The notes under the pieces: model-generated | Told to the model about the DNA's origin: nothing | The model's database searches: none | The model's input: only the letters and a program-made list of their open reading frames with translations | Source of the DNA: Octopus bimaculoides | Taxonomy: Eukaryota | Assembly: GCF_001194135.2 (NCBI RefSeq) | Contig: NC_068983.1 | Span: 111,449,434-111,490,871 of the forward strand | Length of the DNA: 41,438 nucleotides | Direction of reading: 5' to 3' | Part shown: positions 10,799 to 22,799 of the stretch, piece by piece | Layout: each line of letters begins with the position of its first letter | Numbering within the stretch: position 1 is the first letter of the stretch | Position numbers and translations under genes: made by a program

Positions 10799-12816
10799 CC
10801 AGTAACACATGCAAATTATATACTCTTTAACTATTTCTTAATTATGCAATATGTATACTTATAAGGCAACAAAGTTAGTGAACGGACATGCTGGATATGA
10901 TGTTGACTTAAATATGTAGTTTTCATACATTGAGCTTTTCAGTGAATATGGTTAGAATCATGTAGGGATTAATTTTGCAAAACCACATAAATGTGTTTGC
11001 AATATACTCATGAGTTTGTGATCAGAAATCCTCATTACCTTAATCTTTTGGACACTATGCATTTTAGATCAACTCAATATATTTATGCTCTATTTTCATC
11101 CATATGTTTTCTTGATAGGAAACATCTTTTGCAAGACACACAAGCTATTCTGTATACTTTTAATAAAATAAGGTTAATTCAAATTTAGAAATACAATAAG
11201 CATAATTGAATCACTATATTTTGGAATTCTAAGAATCATAGATCTAAGTAAAGTAAAAACCATTTCTCCTTCAACCAAAAAATCCTTATTGTTTTTAAAA
11301 TGAGGATTGCATTTTATAAATATTGAATGTTACAACTACTTCTGCTATACAGATAGGAGAGTCATTGCATTGCAAAAATTCCATTTCAAACATTCTTTAT
11401 TCACAAGGTCTACTGATAAATAACTGATCCAAATCAAACTCAACAACAGCAATCACACTCATAAGTGAAATAAATGGATACATGCAATCTAAAGCCCATC
11501 CTAATTGTGTATATGTGTGCTTACATGTATGTGTAAATACAGAAATCAGGACCTCATGATTTAGAAGTGAACCTTTTCACCCCTCAACCAGTCCTTTTCC
11601 TTAGTAAAATACATCTGACAGGTTTTTAATCATATCCAAAACCTAGCAAGTAAATTTGGTCAGGTGGAAACTGTGTGTAAACCTAATGGATGAACTGTAC
11701 TTTTAATTCAAAGGGCCAGCCTTTCTACAAAACACACACACAATGCATCACGTTGATTCTGTCTAAATACGTAAGTGTTAGTGGGCAGCTGAGTCACAGT
11801 ATAAGTCAATGAGTAAGTAGTTCAAACAGTTGGAACACTCACCATCAAATGCAATCACATGCAAAACAAAAGGATACCTGTCAGTGCCATTAAAAAACAT
11901 GAGCACAGCCCTTAGGCTGTGTGATGACTCCAAGGGCCCAGTGCTAATCTATGTACTGTGGCTTGCTCTTAATTAGTAAATGCTATAAGCCCAAGAACAT
12001 TACTTTGCCAGGGGGTTTGTATTGCTGTTAAGACAGCCTTGATGCTTGTAGCCTCAGGTCATTCGTTTCCTACTTAAGAAATGGAAATCAGAATATTTTG
12101 TCAGACAGCTTAATAGAAATTTATATTTTTATCCAAACAATCTAAAGAGCTGTTTCAAGTTTAATATAGACATTGATTGAAACCTAACTGAAAGTACACT
12201 TAGTGTCATCAAAAAATAAACAGTTGATCTAGAATTATTTAAGGTTTAAGTCAAGTTGCCCGTTCATAACCATTTTCTTTCAATATTGATTTAAAGGTCC
12301 TTCCCTATTCAATATTGCTGTTCAACAATTAAAATGTTTCTGAGAATAACAATGTTAAGGTTAAAAATAAATAGTTCTTAATTGAATTATTCTTTCCAAA
12401 GGAAAGAAACATATCTAATAAAGTTCTTTGGTTACACCTATGCTGTGTAGAAATTTAATACAAAAGAATTTAATATTGCATGCACACATGCACACATGCA
12501 TACACAAAAGGGACAAGAAGACAATGGAATTTTGTAACTTTAAATGAAATTATTAGCTCTGATATCTGATATCATTCCACTTTCATCTTCACCCTGCCAT
12601 CTCTTTCTGTATAGATAATTGCTCTCATTCAAGTGGCCATTGTAGCACCCAACTCCTTTTCGCTTGGCTTCCAATGTTAATGAAGTTAATTTTACGTAAC
12701 TACCATCATTTACCCAACCCAACAAAACAATTATTTTGGGCCTGAAAATGAAATTTTACCATTTCTAGAATATTTTAATATGCTTATCATATATTTCACA
12801 TCATTTTTATATGAAT

Positions 12817-12819
<3 letters not shown>

Positions 12820-12884
<65 letters not shown>

Positions 12885-13025
12885 ACACACACACAAATAC
12901 AATTACACACAGGTGGGAGAGAGAGAGAGACAGACAAACAGAGACAGATAAACTGACAGAAAAATAGAGAAATAGATAGATAGATAGAAAGGCAAACAGA
13001 CAGACAAATAGGTAGATAGATTTAT
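12820..13025. repeat. (TACA)n/(TA)n/(CA)n/(GA)n/(GATA)n compound microsatellite
   Basis: Seen directly. Confidence 0.95.
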
Positions 13026-13029
13026 ATTA

Positions 13030-13260
13030 GTCATTGCCTTAGCTTCCACTTCCTTGTGTAACTACAAATCAGATGGAATTCAATGAGGCAGAGTTTTCTG
13101 CAACTGAGTGCCCTTCCTGTCACCAACCCATACCTGTTCCCAAGCGAAGTAATATTTCCCATGGTCAGGCTTATTTTCCATGCAAGACTGGAAATGAGCA
13201 ATAATAAAATTCATGTGATGCCAACACAAGGATATACACAAACACATGTGCAAAACACAC
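13030..13260 (-). mobile_element. 3' module of long-form SINE B
   Basis: Reverse complement of about 5590-5830 (TGCCCTTCCTGTCACCAACCC.TACCTGTT.CCAAG..AAGTAATATTTCCCATGG). Confidence 0.6.
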
Positions 13261-13528
13261 ACACACACATAATACATACATACATATGTGCATACGTGCA
13301 TGCATACATACATACGTGCATGCATACATACATATGTGCATACATAAATACATGCATACAAGCATACATAGATATATATTATTAATCAACTGTCCATAAG
13401 CTATAAGAAAAATACACTCAAATTAAGGAACAGTTGTTATGTTTTCATATCATCGAATGGTGTATTACTGGTGTATGGTGTATGCCATATAATTAATCAG
13501 AATATTACCATCAGTTTCATGTTGACTC

Positions 13529-13616
13529 TTGCATTTGGCCATATTAACATCTCTTCAGACATGATGACCAGAAACACTACCATGTCTGAAGAGATCAGCA
13601 ATATTACCAAATGCAA
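13529..13616 (-). ncRNA. Candidate pri-/pre-miRNA hairpin (unvalidated)
   Basis: 15-bp perfect inner stem (13549-13563 with 13581-13595), 5-bp and 10-bp outer stems, 17-nt loop. Mismatches resolve to G-U on the minus strand. Confidence 0.35.
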
Positions 13617-13697
13617 TCTTTGGTGTAAACCCAATTATGAGATTCTGACTAAATACATGCCAAAATCAGTAATTTACTACTCAAGTGTATAATATGA

Positions 13698-13726
<29 letters not shown>

Positions 13727-13729
<3 letters not shown>

Positions 13730-13945
13730 GGGGAGGGCTGAAAAGTTTTCGGCTTTGAGTAAAAGAAAATACTGGGCGTTCAGTTATTATAATTTTATCC
13801 AACACATTCCCCTCTCAGAGTCACACACTTATTGCAGTGGTCCTTCTGTTTTTCTAAGCCTTGTAAAACAACTTAGAAAGTTGGGCTTCCATCCAAGTCA
13901 TTTGCAATACCCTTAAAGCCAGGAACTTTTCAGCACCCACTCATA
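13727..13945. mobile_element. Mariner-derived MITE (about 219 bp)
   Basis: TA-bounded inverted termini TAAGGGGAGGGCTGAAAAGTT and AACTTTTCAGCACCCACTCATA. Confidence 0.75.
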
Positions 13946-14579
13946 TAAAACCAAATTAAATTTTAAAAGGGTTTGTGCAGCGAAAGGCTACCATACTAGA
14001 CATATGNNNNNNNNNNNNNNNNNNNNNNNNNNNNNNNNNNNNNNNNNNNNNNNNNNNNNNNNNNNNNNNNNNNNNNNNNNNNNNNNNNNNNNNNNNNNNN
14101 NNNNNNNNNNNNNNNNNNNNNNNNNNNNNNNNNNNNNNNNNNNNNNNNNNNNNNNNNNNNNNNNNNNNNNNNNNNNNNNNNNNNNNNNNNNNNNNNNNNN
14201 NNNNNNNNNNNNNNNNNNNNNNNNNNNNNNNNNNNNNNNNNNNNNNNNNNNNNNNNNNNNNNNNNNNNNNNNNNNNNNNNNNNNNNNNNNNNNNNNNNNN
14301 NNNNNNTATATACATAGTTCAGATTTACAGAAAACAAAAGACAAAGACAGGTGAAAGAGCAACGAGCAGATGTATTAGTTTAATGCTTGAGAAGAATGGA
14401 AAAGCCTTTGATATTTTGAGCCTATGCTCTTTGACAGAAAGGATTAAGGGGAAAAAAAAACAGAGAGAATGAAAAAGATCAGAGAAAGATAAAAAGAAGT
14501 GTGTGTGTGTGTGTGTAGTCCACAGATGAGATCCAGAGATTTTCTATGATACTTAGTCGTGCCCCAAAAAATCCACACA

Positions 14580-14730
14580 CATGCACACACAAACACATGC
14601 ATACTTAATAGGTTTCCTTGCAGTCCCCACTTAACAAGTTCCTTCCCAACACATTTTGGTCTAGGGTTGTAGTAGAAGATACTTACATTAAATCATTTGT
14701 CTGCAAAGTGAACTTCTTAATCATGCTGTT
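14580..14730 (-). mobile_element. Degraded SINE family B
   Basis: TTTGGTC..GGTTGTAGTAGAAGATACTT matches 32260-32295. Confidence 0.5.
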
Positions 14731-15959
14731 ATGTTTACACTTACAAAATGCTGTTGACCTTGATGGGACACAAACATGCAATCTTAGGTACTTCCAGACA
14801 TTTCTTAGGATAGTTACTAACATCTGTCATAGTCTGCTGAACAAACGCATACAAATATAGAACAAACAGATGCAGATATAGAATAAACACACAAAACCAT
14901 TATGAATGATGTTCACACATAATGAATTGGTGGGAAACAATTATTAATTACAAATTCTTCTCAAGCTGAATGGTTTTATGAATTAATTATAGTATTTCAT
15001 TGGTTAAAAGTTGCTGCTTCGTGAATCACGCCAAAACCTGCTCACGATCAATCAAAAGCATTTTGTCTGAGATGTCTGAGACCCTTCTTTACTATAAATG
15101 TGGATATCTTAGCAGAGAATAGCTTGGAAGAGCTGTGAGCACTATACAGAATAAAAGCTAGTTCGAAGAAACATCTGTCAAGCTTTCTTTACGAACTATT
15201 GCTAAATGATCATGCTACAGCATACTTCAGCACTTCAGTAACATTGATTTCATTCTAATAATGTACAACTCAACAAATGATGTCTGTTACATAATCCTAA
15301 CCCATAATTATTGAGATACACCAAATGCTTTTCTTAATGAGGATCATTTTAGAGAGTATACTGGGTGCTTTTTTTTTTTTTTTTTAAGCTATTTGTAGTC
15401 CACAAGACTATGATTCACATTGGTTGAATGAGGCTGCAGGAAATAGAGATATAGCTTTATGCTAGGTGATGAAACGTTAGAGTATGGAGGAAGACATTGA
15501 ATCCGGTTTCTTGCTGTAGAAGAGATATGTGGTTGTTCACATTATGCAAGAATCGGTGGGATGTGTGGGATTACTTGATATGGAGCTGCAACAAGAAATA
15601 AGGATGGTGGAGATGAAATGTCAGAGCGATTTATAGGGGCAGAAGAGCTGGCAAGAGTGTATAGAATGAGTAAAGATGGTAAAAATGGGGGTAGGTTTGC
15701 AAATATTCTGCATGATGAACAGAGGTTATGGTAACTGGGATGTTGATAAATATAAGCTGGATAGAAAGCTGAGAAGAGTAGATGATGAATAGAACTTGGG
15801 AAGAACAAAGGTGTGAATAGTGGAAGAGTAATTAGTGATACATATGAATTGGGAAAATAAGTGTTGATTGCCTGTATTTTCTCTGTTAATTGGCCAATGA
15901 TTCCACTGTATTTATTGTGAGTCCATATTTTGCATTTAGTACACCGTTGGAAGTTTTAC

Positions 15960-16520
15960 CTAGTCCTTTTCTACACATTAATTAAGGCCATTTCTCTGAT
16001 GAAAGCAGAGTCCTGCCTGTTTTCCTGCTTACTCCAAATTCTGCTGCCATACATATGGCCTTCCAGCAGCAATCCTCTCCAAACCCAAGCTGGGGTATGA
16101 ATACAGTCTCCAGCAGTTTCACATAGTCTTCTGAAACAAGCTTAAGGACCTGTTTCTGCAGTTGTTGGATGAATTCTGTTGAGTGGATGCAGTCAGAATG
16201 CCTGCTGTGTCCCTTCCTGCTGGCCACAGTTTCATAGTCTTTGTTGCAGCTGTCCATGTCACATCATACAGCCTTTACAGTGTCCACAGAACCTTGAACA
16301 GCAGTTATGATGTCAGCATTTTGATACCTGGCATGAATTATCATGATGCAGATGAATCTTTACCAATATTCAAATGGCTTCCAGTGCTCTGTCTCAGCTA
16401 ACTTTTTCTCAAATCGAACTTTGATTGTGCTCTCTAATGCAGTTGACTGTTCATCAACACTTCAAGCAGTACCAGAAAAAAGGAGACATAAAAATCATCA
16501 AATTTACCTTGAACACCTTG
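15960..16520 (-). mobile_element. Internally deleted maT/DD37D-like DNA transposon
   Basis: Terminus (rc) TACAAGGTGTTCAAGGTAAATTTGATGATTTT and about 300 bp of 5' region homologous to 35070-35352. ORF 15982-16257 fuses N-terminal RKGHSRHSD..TEF directly to the catalytic-region YVKLLETV segment. Confidence 0.7.
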
Positions 16521-16750
16521 TATGTATGTATGTATGTATGTACTTATTTATGTATGTATGTACTTATGTATGTATGTATGTATGTATGTATGTATGTATG
16601 TATGAAGGTAAGTAGGTAGGTAGGTAGTTACGTAGGTAGGAAGGTAGATNNNNNNNNNNTAGTTACGTAGGTAGGAAGGTAGATAGGTAGGTAGGTAGGA
16701 AGGTATGTATGTAGGTAGGTAGGTAGGTAGGTAGGTAGGTAGGCTGGTAA
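16521..16750. repeat. (TATG)n then (TAGG)n microsatellite with 10-N gap
   Basis: Seen directly. Confidence 0.95.
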
Positions 16751-17518
16751 GTATGTTGATCGGGAGGTACCTATTTTATATGCTTATATGTGTGTGTGAA
16801 ATGTGTGTTTGTATGCATATATATGAATGTGCATGCATATATATATATATGTATGTATATATAGATACTCACACACACATACACACACATACTTATATAT
16901 GTATATATACATATGTGTGTGTGTGTGTGTATGCAAGATAGACAGACAAACAGACAAACAGATAACTAGACAGATATTTTCGTACCTTTTAATTCCCAGT
17001 TTATTTCTTTTTTTCTACCTTTACTTTTCTTTTTCATTTCTGAAGTCTTTCTAATTTGATGTGTCAATGTAAGACTATTTCTCAAAAAAATAAAAACACG
17101 TACATTAATATCTGTTAAATGTAAATGAAGGTGTAAACATAAAAGAAATAATGAAAGGGAAAATATTTCTAGATAAATATCAAACATCTTTTTCTATGTC
17201 TTCGGAGAAAACTCAGTGCCCATGACGGTCACAGTCTTCTAGATTTGTGAAATGGAAATGGCTGGTTTTCTACTGCAAAATTTGTGATGCATCAATGTCT
17301 GCAGAAGAAATGTAAACAGGGTGGAGATTTCAGAGGCTGGTATTCTGGAATGGAAGGATTAGATCAAATAGTGTGTGTAAAACTTACATATAGTAGAAAT
17401 TTAATACTGGTCATCATAGGGCTTGGGCCATCATGTTGAAGGCACTACTCAAATGTAAGCATAACTATAGAAGCTTTGAGCAATTTCTGTATAGTATACA
17501 ACATTAATCTGGCTTTAA

Positions 17519-17738
17519 CCCTTTACCATTCAGATTACTCTGTCAAATTTAACACTTATTTATTCACATTATTTTGAATTAATCATGCAATATCTCATAG
17601 CTTAGATGTTTCAATGATGTGATTGTATATTTTTAGAATGACATTGTAGGGTAAGTGTAAGAGTCCAGATCTTAACAGTTTGAACATAAAACAGGTAGAA
17701 TATCTGAGCTGGACATGAGCAGTTTAAATACTAAAGAG
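17519..17738 (+). mobile_element. piggyBac-type MITE (family E)
   Basis: TTAA at 17515-17518 and 17739-17742; termini CCCTTTA.CATT...AATACTAAAGAG. Confidence 0.8.
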
Positions 17739-18520
17739 TTAATCTTTGACTCTGTGTATGCATTATTAGATGTGAAAAAAATTAAGACCAGACTATCTTA
17801 TCCTGCTAATACTACAAGGACAGAAATATCAGGAAGAAAATTTATCATTTTCAGTGGGTGTACAACACTCACTTAGTATGCAACCTATCATTATAGTATG
17901 TCAGTGAAAGAGACTTTATCAGTCAATCAGATGGCTCACTATTGTATATGATCTCAGTTATTTCTGTAGATAGAACAAAGGCTCTATCACAGCTAGAGGA
18001 GCAGTAGTTCATTGTGAATCTTATTTGAACTTTGTACTAATAACCCTTTGCTATTTGAAAATCTAATTACTAATTTATAAGTCTATATCACATAACCATT
18101 TTTTTTTTTTTTCTGCAGCTGCTTTGTTCAGAACTGTGATCCATTCCATAGAAATCAATGTACAAGAAATAACTGATTCTGAACTAATTTAATACTTATT
18201 TCTATACAGTATACTCACAGAGAGTGGCAATTTAATAATTGGCTCAGGTTATCAGAAGCAGATATTTTTAGATATATTATAATCCAGTAAATGAAAATTT
18301 AATTAACTTATTTATAATCTTAGATTGTTCAAAGAATATGGATATTCACTAGAATTGGTAGTTTAGTGATGGTCAATGTCAACTGGAGTCAAATGAAACA
18401 AGAAAGAAATTAGAAAAATGGGTGTATGCTTGTGTGGTTTTATGTAAATAGAACTAAGGACTTATATTTTTGGGAGAGCCCTTCGTTAGGAAATAAAATA
18501 CTTTTCTTTGCCAAAAATGT

Positions 18521-18770
18521 GGAGGTATGTGGCTTAGTGGTTAGAGGTGTTGGACTCATGGCTGTAAGCTTGTGGTTTCAATTCCTCAGCTGGGCAATGT
18601 GTTGTGTTCTTGAGCAAAGCACTGCATTTTATGTTGCTCCAGTTCACTCAGCTGGCAAAAATGAGTAATCAAGCAATAGACTGGCATCCCCTCCAATTCA
18701 GGGGTTGAATATATATATACACCACAGAAACCAGGAAACCAGTCTATATGACTAAAAAAGGATCTTTGCC
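18521..18770 (+). mobile_element. tRNA-headed SINE family C
   Basis: A-box TGGCTTAGTGG, B-box-like GGTTTCAATTCC, CORE-like GTGTTCTTGAGCAAAGCAC segment. Confidence 0.65.
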
Positions 18771-19000
18771 ATTTTTATCCTTTACTAAAAAAAAAGTAAC
18801 TCTTATCAATACATCATTTCTCTATCATCTCATGAGAGGGACTCTACAAGTTAGAAATAACCATCAAATCATTTTCAAGTTACATCCTACCATCTAAAAA
18901 AAACTGGACTCTTTGATATACCAGAAAATATCGTCTTGGTTGGATTATTTTGATTATAGGTTTTTTTTCAATCAGATCCATTCTAGAGCTAAATAACACC

Positions 19001-19046
<46 letters not shown>

Positions 19047-19660
19047 TTTCCAACAATGGCTGAGCAGACATATGAACAATGCTATTACTATCCCATTTTT
19101 ATTCAAACCCTTTATCTAATTACATTAACCAAAATCTTCCATTTTTTTTTTCTTTTTAAGACAGTAGGGTGTGTATTGAGAGAGATTCTGGCTGCAATTT
19201 TAAGGATGAATGACTACATAGCGACTCCTTGTTGGCTCATAACAATAACAACAACGTTAGTCACCAATCTAGCTCAGCACATCAACATGTTTCTATTTCT
19301 AAGATAATCTGAATATATTAAATATAGTCTAAGGCAGAAATTTTCAAATTGGATTTTCAGAAATTCCAGAGTTCCATGAAAATATTCTTGGGGTTCCAGA
19401 AGATAATGTATCTTTTAAAAGATGCAGCAGACATTTTATCAGTGCTATGACTATCCCATCTTTTATCCAAACAGTAGATCTAATTACATTATTCAATATT
19501 TCCTAAATTTTTTTTTTTTTTTAAGACAATAGAGTGTAAACTGGGGGAGATTTCGTTGCTATTTCAAGGGTGAGTAAGTAGAGTGACTATATAACGTCTT
19601 TTAAAAGAATTTAAAAGAAGTTATTTTATAAAAAAGCAGTACCAAATCCCCTCACAAGCC

Positions 19661-19920
19661 TACACACACACACACACACACACACATACACACATACACA
19701 CGCATGCATGCACACGCACACACACGCATGCACACACATATACGTATATATATATATGCATACATATACATAAATATATATGCATATATATATCTAAAAA
19801 TACACAGACACACATATATGTATACCTACATATACATACACAATACACACATATATATAAAATCACACATACATACATATACATACATATGTAAACGTGT
19901 GTGTGTGTGTTTATATATAT
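19661..19920. repeat. (CA)n/(TA)n compound microsatellite
   Basis: Seen directly. Similar tracts at 28325-28700, 33300-33560, 38830-38910, 39310-39480 and 41150-41438. Confidence 0.95.
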
Positions 19921-20795
19921 AATATGAAATAATAATTTGCTCAGCGTGTGGGGATGATGCCACTTTCCTGGAAAATGAATAAAATAAATGCTATAAGAAA
20001 CCAAAGAACTAATGACAGAAACAGTGCGATGTGATGTTAGATAATAAAAAATTTTCAGATACTGAATATTTCATTGTTATTCAGAAAATATTCTGATATA
20101 GCAGAGGGAGAAAAAAAAAACAAGAAAATGTAAAAATGTGTATTGCAGTAGAAAAATATTTAGCATGATGAAATGAATGTGTCTGGAAGTTGGCAAAATA
20201 GAAATTAGATTGCCTTGAAGTAAGGAAAGTTATCTGCATTAGAATATATTGTTGTTTTTCTTTAAATTTATTTTGGTGTTGAAGACGCTTCAGGAGGAAG
20301 AGTGGGAAAGAAAGTGATGAAAGACAAATAAAAAATTTGTGTTTTATTTAATGAATGTTTAGTTATTGTTTGTTTGCTCTTAACATTTTCAATTTTTAAA
20401 ACCAACATGCCTTAGACCACCTGTGGATCTTTGGTTCTTCAATGCAAAATCCATATTGTTTTTTAAAGTGTTCATATTTAAATTAAAACCTTCCATCATA
20501 ATTTCATGTCAGAAAATTTTGCTAAATTATGTTCCAAACATTAGATTAATACACCAATTAATGGAAAAGGTCTATTATTTTACTAAATTTCCATCCAAAT
20601 TCTTTAATATTTTAAAAACGAATTATAACACAGCCAGTGTTAGAAATCTAGTTGTAAAAATGTTAATCAATGTAGTAAACTTAATAAAAATTCAGAAAAA
20701 TCACAAATGTTATTTTGGAAGCCCCTAAAGGGTGCACTGTGTGAAAACAAACAAAACAAGAGAAAATATTTTCCATATAGATGCAGTAATCCTTG

Positions 20796-20969
20796 TAGGC
20801 ACAGGCATAGTTATGTGGTTAAAAAGCTCACTTAACTGAACCCAAAACCACATGGTTTGGGGTTCAGGCCCACTGCTCAGCATCTTTGCGTAAGTGACTT
20901 CTACTGTAGTCCTAGATTGACCAATGCCTTGTGAGTGAATTTGACAAATAGAAACTGTGTGAAAGCTCA

Positions 20970-20972
<3 letters not shown>
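20796..20972 (+). mobile_element. SINE family B head followed by (TG)n
   Basis: AACCACATGGTTTGGGGTTCAGGCCCACTG...TTCTACTGTAG...GCCTTGTGAGTGAATTTG; reverse complement of 32214-32379. Confidence 0.75.
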
Positions 20973-21007
<35 letters not shown>

Positions 21008-21024
21008 GTATGTATGTATATATA

Positions 21025-21174
21025 ATCATCATCATCATCAGCAGCAGCTGGCATCTATTTTCCATGCTAGAATGGGTTAGATGTTTTGACAGGAACTGGT
21101 AAGCTGGAGAACTGTACCAAGCTCCAGTCTGATTTTGACTTGGTTTCTACAGCTGGATGCCCTTCCTAACGCCA
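21025..21174 (-). mobile_element. RTE family D 3' end with (GAT)n tail
   Basis: Homologous to 9101-9250. Confidence 0.7.
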
Positions 21175-21324
21175 GGTGTGTGTGTGTGTGTGTGTTTATG
21201 TGTGTGTGTGTGTCTGTCTGTCTGTCTGTGCAGTCTGCCAAGAAAATGTATACATACTTTAGGAAAAGAAAAATCTGGCCTGGTCTTTAAATGACTTACA
21301 AAAATATACATCACATTTTCTTTC

Positions 21325-21745
21325 TTGCCTTTAACCCTCCAACGCGGAGTATAGGCCACTTATAATTGAATTCCATGTCGCATAATTTCTCGCTTCTGTA
21401 CTTATACTCTGCCATGAATGTCCTCCTTTCTCTAGTTCCTTTTGTGTTGATCTACGCCACGAGTTCTTAGGCCTACCCCTCTTTCTATATCCATCTGGAT
21501 TCCACTGTAAAGCGTTTTTCGCTGCATTTGGTGTGTCCTTTCTAATTATGCTACCAATCCACTTCCACTTTCTTTTAAATATTTGTTCTCTAATCGGAAC
21601 TTGATTCGTTCTTTGCCATAGCTCCATATTGCTTATGTGTTCTGGCCATCTGATTTTAAGTATACTACGCAAGCACCTGTTGATGAATGATTGTATTTGC
21701 TTATTTGACTTAACTGTTGTTCTCCCTGTCTCATCACATACTGTT
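21325..21745 (-). mobile_element. 5'-truncated RTE-clade LINE (second family), RT C-terminus
   Basis: ETGRTTVKSNKQIQSFINRCLRSILKIRWPEHISNMELWQRTNQ...KRKWKWIG...ALQWNPDGYRKRGRPKNSWRR is the diagnostic RTE C-terminal signature and is uninterrupted over about 130 codons. Confidence 0.85.
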
Positions 21746-22020
21746 AAAAACTGTCAATGAAAGTATGAAACATACAGAAAATATTTCATGCTTAAGCATT
21801 TAAAGCTATATAATAGAAGAAATAAAAATAAGTTTGGGAATGTAAATTTTAGTAGAAAAGAAAGGTTTTGTGAACACTACCAGCAACTTTAACAACAAAA
21901 GCGACAACATAGCATCTTTTGTAAATGTGGAACAAATGTACTTCAAATTGAACCTGCTTAAAGAGAATCCAAGCTTCCTGAGCACTGTATACAACAAGTT
22001 CATTATTATTATTATTGTTG
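21740..22020 (+). repeat. Dispersed repeat with (ATT)n tail, copy 1 (possible LINE 3' end)
   Basis: Aligns with 23555-23975 (ATACTGTTAAAAA...AAATGTACTTCAAATTGAACCTGC...CCTGAGCACTGTATA..A.AAGTTCATTATT). Confidence 0.65.
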
Positions 22021-22322
22021 TTATTATATTTTTATTTATATTATAGTATATTGCATTATCATCATTTTCTGCATGGAGGACACATTATTTTGGGGAAAAA
22101 AAAAACAGAGTGAAAATTATCATGCATCTTGCCATCTGCTAGTTGAGATGTTGTTGCTGTTGTTTTCTTAAGGTTAACTTACCTTATCTCCTTACAAAGA
22201 CTTATATCATTACTTAGTATTTGCAAGTATTTACTGCAGCTGAATCATTTTATTTAATTAATATTGTCAAAAGACAAAGAATGTAAATACTACGTGCCCT
22301 TTAGATATGAAGGAAAGGAATT

Positions 22323-22549
22323 TTTGATATTGGTTTCAAATTTTGGCACAAGGCCAGCAATTTCAAAGGAGAGGGTAAGTCGATTACATCAACCCCAGTA
22401 CTCTACTGGCACATATTTTATTGAACCTGAAAGGGATGAAAAGCAAAATTGACCTCGGCAGAATTTGAACTCAGAATGTAATGATGGATGAAATGGCAAT
22501 CAACATTTTTCCTGGCATGTCAACAATTCTGCCAGCTCATTGCCTTAAA
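22323..22549 (-). mobile_element. SINE family A, full length
   Basis: Left arm of a head-to-head pair. Confidence 0.85.
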
Positions 22550-22573
22550 TAAGTTTTTTAATATTACAGACTT

Positions 22574-22799
22574 TTTAAGGCAGTAAGCTGGCAGAATCAT
22601 TAGCACACCAGACAAAATGCTTAGCAGTATTTTGTCTATCTTTATGTTCTGAGTTTAAGTGCCATCAAGATAAAACTTTGCTGTTCACTCTTTTGGAGTC
22701 GATAAAATGAGTACCAGTTGAGCACTGGAGTTGATGTAATCGACTTACTTCTTCCCCAAAATTGCTGGCCTTGTGCCAAAATTTAAAGCCAATATCAAA
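22574..22799 (+). mobile_element. SINE family A, full length
   Basis: TAAGGCAGTAAGCTGGCAGAATCATTAGC head through ...GCTGGCCTTGTGCCAAAATTT tail. Confidence 0.85.

Noticed and set aside
16625-16685. Exact 25-bp direct repeat flanking a 10-N gap
   Set aside because: Typical unresolved contig overlap, an assembly artefact.
17230-17440. Open stretch NGNGWFSTAKF...GGDFRGWYSGMEGLDQ on the + strand
   Set aside because: No recognisable family and no coherent splice-site pair.
18521-18600. tRNA-like A/B boxes (also in the family A and B heads)
   Set aside because: They run into SINE bodies and I could not fold a cloverleaf, so these are SINE heads rather than tRNA genes.
20380-20720. Possible fourth Penelope RT remnant on the minus strand (F.FKYEHFKKQYG...P)
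   Set aside because: One loose motif among many stops; insufficient evidence.
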